Assembly: GCA_025927685.1 (NCBI GenBank)
Contig: JAICKX010000003.1
Coordinates: forward strand, 2,905 to 66,904
Source: Thermoleophilia bacterium
GTDB taxonomy: Bacteria; Actinomycetota; Thermoleophilia; Gaiellales; JAICJC01
DNA: 64,000 bases
Direction of reading: 5' to 3'
Below the pieces are notes generated by a model that worked only from the letters and a program-made list of their open reading frames with translations, was not told the origin of the DNA and searched no databases. Both the position numbers and the translations under genes were made by a program. Shown piece after piece: positions 60,579 through 64,000 of the stretch; the stretch's first letter is position 1, and the number at the start of each line of letters is the position of its first letter.

Positions 60579-61676
60579 ATGGGACGTCGTCGACTTGTCG
60601 CAACGGCCGTGATGGGAGCGCTGGCCCTCGCGGCGACCACAGGCGTGGCTGAGGCAAAGACGCTGGTCGTGCACCCCGGCCAATCGATCCAGCGGGCGGT
60701 GAATAGCGCTGACCGTGGTGACACCGTGCGGCTGGCGCCGGGAACGTATCACCAGAACGTGACGATCCAGAAGCGGATCAGCCTCGTCGGGGCCGGATGG
60801 GGGCCGCATGGGAGCCGGCTCTTCCCCGCCGCGAACCCGGTCCCGAGCGTGTGCAGTTCGCCGGGCAGCGTGCACGGGATCTGTGTCGCAGGCCGGTTCG
60901 ACCAAAGCGGGAACCCGGTCGCGCCGGTCTGGGGGGTGACGATCCGCAACCTGAGCGTGCACAACTTCAGCGGGTTCGGGATCGGCATGTTCTTGGCCAA
61001 CCGGACGACGGTGCGCGGAGTCGCGGCCGTCAGGAACGGCGAGTACGGGATCAGCGGATTCGTGCTCCACGACGTCCGCTTTCTCCACAACCTCGCCCGC
61101 GCCAACGGTGCTCCCGGCTTCTACATCGGCGACTCGCCGCACGCGAACGCCGTCGTGGCCGGGAACCGCGCGTTCCGCAGCGGAGCGAGCGGCGTCGAGG
61201 GGATCGGCATCCTCATCCGCGACTCGAGTTGGGGACGCGTGTGGGGGAACGTCACGCGCAACAACTGCGCGGGCATCGTGATCGTCGACAGCGGCGAGAA
61301 TCCTGCGCCCACGACCCACTGGTCGGCATGGGGGAACGTCGCTTCGCACAACAACCGCGCCTGCGCCGCCGAGCCTGGCGGCGGCCCGCCGCCGCTCTCG
61401 GGCATCGGCATCACGCTGTTCGGCGCAAGCCAGTCGTCTCTGTGGGGGAACTGGACGAACAACAACCGGCCCAGCGGGCCGAGCGTGTTCAGCGGCGGAA
61501 TCGTGGTTGCCTCCGCGGTGCCCGCCGGGGGAACCGAGCCCGTCGGCGACCTGGTGAAGCGAAACCACGCTCACCGGAACAGCCCGTTCGACATCCTGTA
61601 CGACGGCAGCGGTTCGGGCAACCGCTTTGTCAGGAACGACTGCGGGACGTCGAGCCCGAGCTGGATCTGTAGCTAG
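60579..61676 (+). CDS. Secreted right-handed parallel beta-helix repeat protein (pectin-lyase fold, NosD-like)
   Basis: SD GAGGGGGG. Signal peptide LVATAVMGALALAATTGVAEA. Then G.SIQ.AV..A..GDTV.L..G.Y and periodic N/G-rich coil repeats (VRNGEYGI, ARANGAPGFYIGDS, NRAFRSGASG, TRNNCAGIVI, SHNN). Confidence 0.7.
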   Translation: MGRRRLVATAVMGALALAATTGVAEAKTLVVHPGQSIQRAVNSADRGDTVRLAPGTYHQNVTIQKRISLVGAGWGPHGSRLFPAANPVPSVCSSPGSVHGICVAGRFDQSGNPVAPVWGVTIRNLSVHNFSGFGIGMFLANRTTVRGVAAVRNGEYGISGFVLHDVRFLHNLARANGAPGFYIGDSPHANAVVAGNRAFRSGASGVEGIGILIRDSSWGRVWGNVTRNNCAGIVIVDSGENPAPTTHWSAWGNVASHNNRACAAEPGGGPPPLSGIGITLFGASQSSLWGNWTNNNRPSGPSVFSGGIVVASAVPAGGTEPVGDLVKRNHAHRNSPFDILYDGSGSGNRFVRNDCGTSSPSWICS

Positions 61677-61685
61677 CAGGCAACC

Positions 61686-61719
61686 GGTCCTGGGCCGGGT
61701 GCACCCTCGGCCCAGGACC
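61686..61719 (+). terminator. Strong hairpin 10 nt after the beta-helix gene stop
   Basis: GGTCCTGGGCCG-ggtgcaccct-CGGCCCAGGACC: perfect 12-bp arms. No U tract. Confidence 0.4.
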
Positions 61720-62026
61720 GCCCCGCTCTCGAAACGTCCTACGGGCGGCACGCATCGAGATGTCCGCGCTTGGCGCGCCCTGTGCGGGCCGCAGGTACGG
61801 ACGCCAGCAGCTCACGCCCGGTCGGCGTATTCGTCGCCGCGGTCGTTGAGGAAGTCGGTCGTCTCGGCGATCGCGACCGCTTGGCGCACCAGTTCCTCGG
61901 CTCGTCGTGACGACCGCGGCAGGCGAGCCCGACGGGGCCGGATCCCGCCGGCCTCCTAGCGCGGCCGGCCGGGAACCCCTTCGTTACTGCGGCTGTCTCA
62001 ACAACCGGATCACATTGGAGGATGAG

Positions 62027-63076
62027 ATGCGTTGGCCGGTTGAGAGACTGCGGGCGATCGTGGTACTTGTGGGCCTCGGCACGATGGCCACCGGCTGTGG
62101 ATACCACCCGGGTTCGTCCATGGTACAGACGGCCTCTGATGCTCCCGATTCCGGGGCGGGCAGAGCCCGGTGCGTATCGGCGGCGGCGCTGGACGTGCGG
62201 GCAGGTGACGGTGCGCGGAGGGTCGTTGTGAGGGCCGGCGGGATGGTAACGCTGCAGTTGGTCGAGCCGGAGGCATACGGATCGACCGTGTCCGGCCCAG
62301 CGCAGTCGGCCTTTCCATGGCTCCCGGGCCAGAGCTCGGATACCGCGGGGCTCCAGCCGGTCGCGGTCTGCACCGACCCGCCAGTGATCATGTCGCTGCA
62401 GTTTCGCATGTACCCGTTTCGCGCGATCGCCCCCGGCCGCTATCAGATCACTGCCGCGCTCAACCCCGCATACCACGTCCCGCAGATGCGCCCATCCCTT
62501 CCGCGGCTGAATCCCGTCCGGGTCACCGTGGTCGTGCATCCGTGGCGGAAAGCCCGGTCGTCATCCATCTCCCGGCGATACACCGTCACCGCGTCTGTGC
62601 TCTACCGGACGGGCATGGGCACGCCAAAGGCCTGCTTGACGTATCTGCTGTCGCTGCCACCCGCCGGCTGCGGCGGCGTGTCGGTGGCCGGGTACGACTT
62701 TGAGCACCTCCCAGGCGTCGTCCGTTATGGCGCCATGGGATGGCAGACGTCCGAGTTGCGAATGGTTGGAGTATGGAGCGGCCACGTGCTTCGGCTGACG
62801 AGACCGCCTGTCCGGGTGACGAGGCCCGCAGGAGAGCCAGCGCAGCCCGTCGTTTGCGCCCAGAGCCTTCGCGGCGCGACTGGACTGGCGAGGCGGATAA
62901 CCCGCGCGCATGCCCGTCTCAACCTGCTCGAGCTGGCTCCGTGCGGCCGCCGCGTATGGGTGCTGGTAGCGGTGGCCGATGCGCCAACCCGCGCGTTCAT
63001 CCGACGGCAGTTTGGGGAAGGCGTCGTCGTCACCGGGTGGCTGAGAAGGGCTGGGAAGCCGAAAGGTTCCTCTTGA
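62027..63076 (+). CDS. Hypothetical lipoprotein, no recognisable domain
   Basis: SD GGAGGA 5 nt before the ATG at 62027. Lipobox-like VLVGLGTMATGCG. 349 aa. Confidence 0.5.
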   Translation: MRWPVERLRAIVVLVGLGTMATGCGYHPGSSMVQTASDAPDSGAGRARCVSAAALDVRAGDGARRVVVRAGGMVTLQLVEPEAYGSTVSGPAQSAFPWLPGQSSDTAGLQPVAVCTDPPVIMSLQFRMYPFRAIAPGRYQITAALNPAYHVPQMRPSLPRLNPVRVTVVVHPWRKARSSSISRRYTVTASVLYRTGMGTPKACLTYLLSLPPAGCGGVSVAGYDFEHLPGVVRYGAMGWQTSELRMVGVWSGHVLRLTRPPVRVTRPAGEPAQPVVCAQSLRGATGLARRITRAHARLNLLELAPCGRRVWVLVAVADAPTRAFIRRQFGEGVVVTGWLRRAGKPKGSS

Positions 63077-63180
63077 CCCACGACTGCGGCGCCCTGGCTA
63101 GGATCGTGGCGGAAACGTGGTCGAGCGGATCAGCGTCAGACTGTCGCCGCGCGCTTGTCGCTCGGTAACCAGAGGCGGTC

Positions 63181-63924
63181 GTGTTTACGCCTGAGGAGCG
63201 GGACTGGATCCGCGAGCGGGTGTTCGCGGTCGCTCACGCCGATGAACGGATCACCGGCGGAGCGGTGACCGGCTCTCGCTCCGTGGGCGCGGAGGATCGA
63301 TGGTCTGACATCGATACGGCCTTCGGCGTCGCAGCGGGTGTCGCCCCAGAGACGATCCTCACCGAGTGGACAGAGCTTCTCCAACGCGAGCTCGACATTG
63401 CTCACTTCTTCGATCTCCGTCACGGTCCGACCCTGTACCGCGTCTTCCTACTCTCCAACGCGCTCGAGGTTGACATCTCGCTTACGCCGGCGTCCCAATT
63501 CGGCGCGCTGGGCACGACCTTCGAGCTCGTGTTCGGCAAGAGTGTTGACAGAGACTGGGCCGCCGCGCCAGACATCGACGAGATCGTTGGCTACGGCTGG
63601 ATCTACGTGCTCAACGGGCGCGCGGCGATCGAGCGAGGAAGGCTGTGGCAGGCGGAGTATTGGATCAGCGCGATCCGCGATCAGGGTCTCGCCTTGGCGT
63701 GCCTCCGAAACGACCTGCCGGCCGCCCACGCCCGTGGCATCGATCGACTCGGGCCTGAGACGACGGCACGTTGGCTCGAGACGTTCGTGCGGTCACTCGA
63801 CCCGGACGAACTCCGCCACGCCGTGAGGACGGCTACCGACCTGTTCCTTCAGGAGGTCGCACAGACACGGCCTGGGCTCGCCGAGCGACTGCGGATACCG
63901 CTGTTACTCGGTTCGACCGGGTGA
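63181..63924 (+). CDS. Pol-beta-superfamily nucleotidyltransferase, ANT(6)/streptomycin-adenylyltransferase-like
   Basis: NTase motif GSRSVGAEDRWSDIDTAF (G-S-x9-13-D-x-D). The N-terminal pattern VAHADERITGGAVTGSR and the helical C-terminal domain parallel the ANT(6) architecture as I remember it. Confidence 0.55.
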   Translation: MFTPEERDWIRERVFAVAHADERITGGAVTGSRSVGAEDRWSDIDTAFGVAAGVAPETILTEWTELLQRELDIAHFFDLRHGPTLYRVFLLSNALEVDISLTPASQFGALGTTFELVFGKSVDRDWAAAPDIDEIVGYGWIYVLNGRAAIERGRLWQAEYWISAIRDQGLALACLRNDLPAAHARGIDRLGPETTARWLETFVRSLDPDELRHAVRTATDLFLQEVAQTRPGLAERLRIPLLLGSTG

Positions 63925-64000
63925 GGCCTGGCGCGAACCGCCCTCCTGAGCCTTCTTAGAGCCAGCGCCAACAGCCGCGCAAGCGTCCTGCGCTCGCTCG

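Noticed and set aside
61739-61905. Minus-strand coding-like tail ...AEELVRQAVAIAETTDFLNDRGDEYADRA* between the beta-helix gene and the lipoprotein gene.
   Set aside because: It reads like a protein C-terminus but is bounded about 20 codons upstream by an in-frame stop, and the only start would give a 25-aa product. It is at best another gene remnant and not enough to call a feature.
63136-63423. 95-aa minus-strand ORF with unusually non-GC-artefact-looking sequence (MTEIEEVSNVELALEKL...).
   Set aside because: It lies entirely antisense to the 5' half of the nucleotidyltransferase gene, which has the clear G-S...D-x-D motif. It has no SD or promoter-like hexamer.
60217-64000. Integrase, transposase or attR repeat that would define a mobile element at tRNA-Lys.
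   Set aside because: No ORF has integrase or transposase motifs, and I found no copy of the tRNA 3' end (…GGTTCGATCCCTATACGGCCCA) downstream within the window. I therefore describe only a compositional and gene-content boundary, not a mobile element.
1-64000. CRISPR arrays, tandem or interspersed repeats, rRNA, tmRNA, RNase P or SRP RNA.
   Set aside because: None were noticed on reading the intergenic regions, which are almost all under 150 nt. This is a by-eye negative. Dispersed short repeats or small RNAs could be missed without a repeat finder or Rfam scan.

Overview
Very GC-rich (by eye about 70% or more, not computed), gene-dense chromosomal segment that looks actinobacterial and begins inside gyrA. 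I call about 65 protein genes, one tRNA-Lys(CUU), one cobalamin riboswitch, a few hairpin terminators and a recurrent leaderless-promoter signature. I saw no rRNA, CRISPR array, transposase or integrase. All function calls rest on motifs and family resemblance recognised by eye; no database search was run.

Gene blocks, in order:
- gyrA 3' end, a MerR-like regulator and two Opp/Dpp-type ABC permeases.
- A minus-strand nfeD / SPFH / galT-like / frameshifted membrane gene string.
- A cell-wall amidase and birA.
- An ECF sigma factor translationally coupled to fabZ-fabH-fabD-fabG-fabF-accD-accA.
- Two tandem CaCA antiporters.
- A B12-riboswitch-controlled ECF transporter operon with two DUF4430 (transcobalamin-like) proteins and a secreted alpha/alpha-barrel protein. 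This is my best candidate for an undescribed system.
- pheA with an attenuator-like leader, thiL, a DMT transporter, trxA, an L,D-transpeptidase and polX.
- otsB, a split TauE pair, acs and rlmN.
- Ethylmalonyl-CoA-pathway genes in two blocks (ccr plus mutase; mcl, acyl-CoA dehydrogenase, MaoC). The second block is fused into one operon with GNAT, ABC-2 exporter, flavoprotein and LanC-like genes.
- lepB and a SpoIID-like gene.
- A convergent sugar cluster holding all five enzyme families of the UDP-2,3-diacetamido-2,3-dideoxy-mannuronic acid route, plus an ATP-grasp gene and two glycosyltransferases.
- tlpA, an M42 peptidase, then tRNA-Lys followed by a gene remnant and lower-GC orphan genes.

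The many long alternate-frame and antisense ORFs in the track are GC artefacts and were trimmed or rejected.
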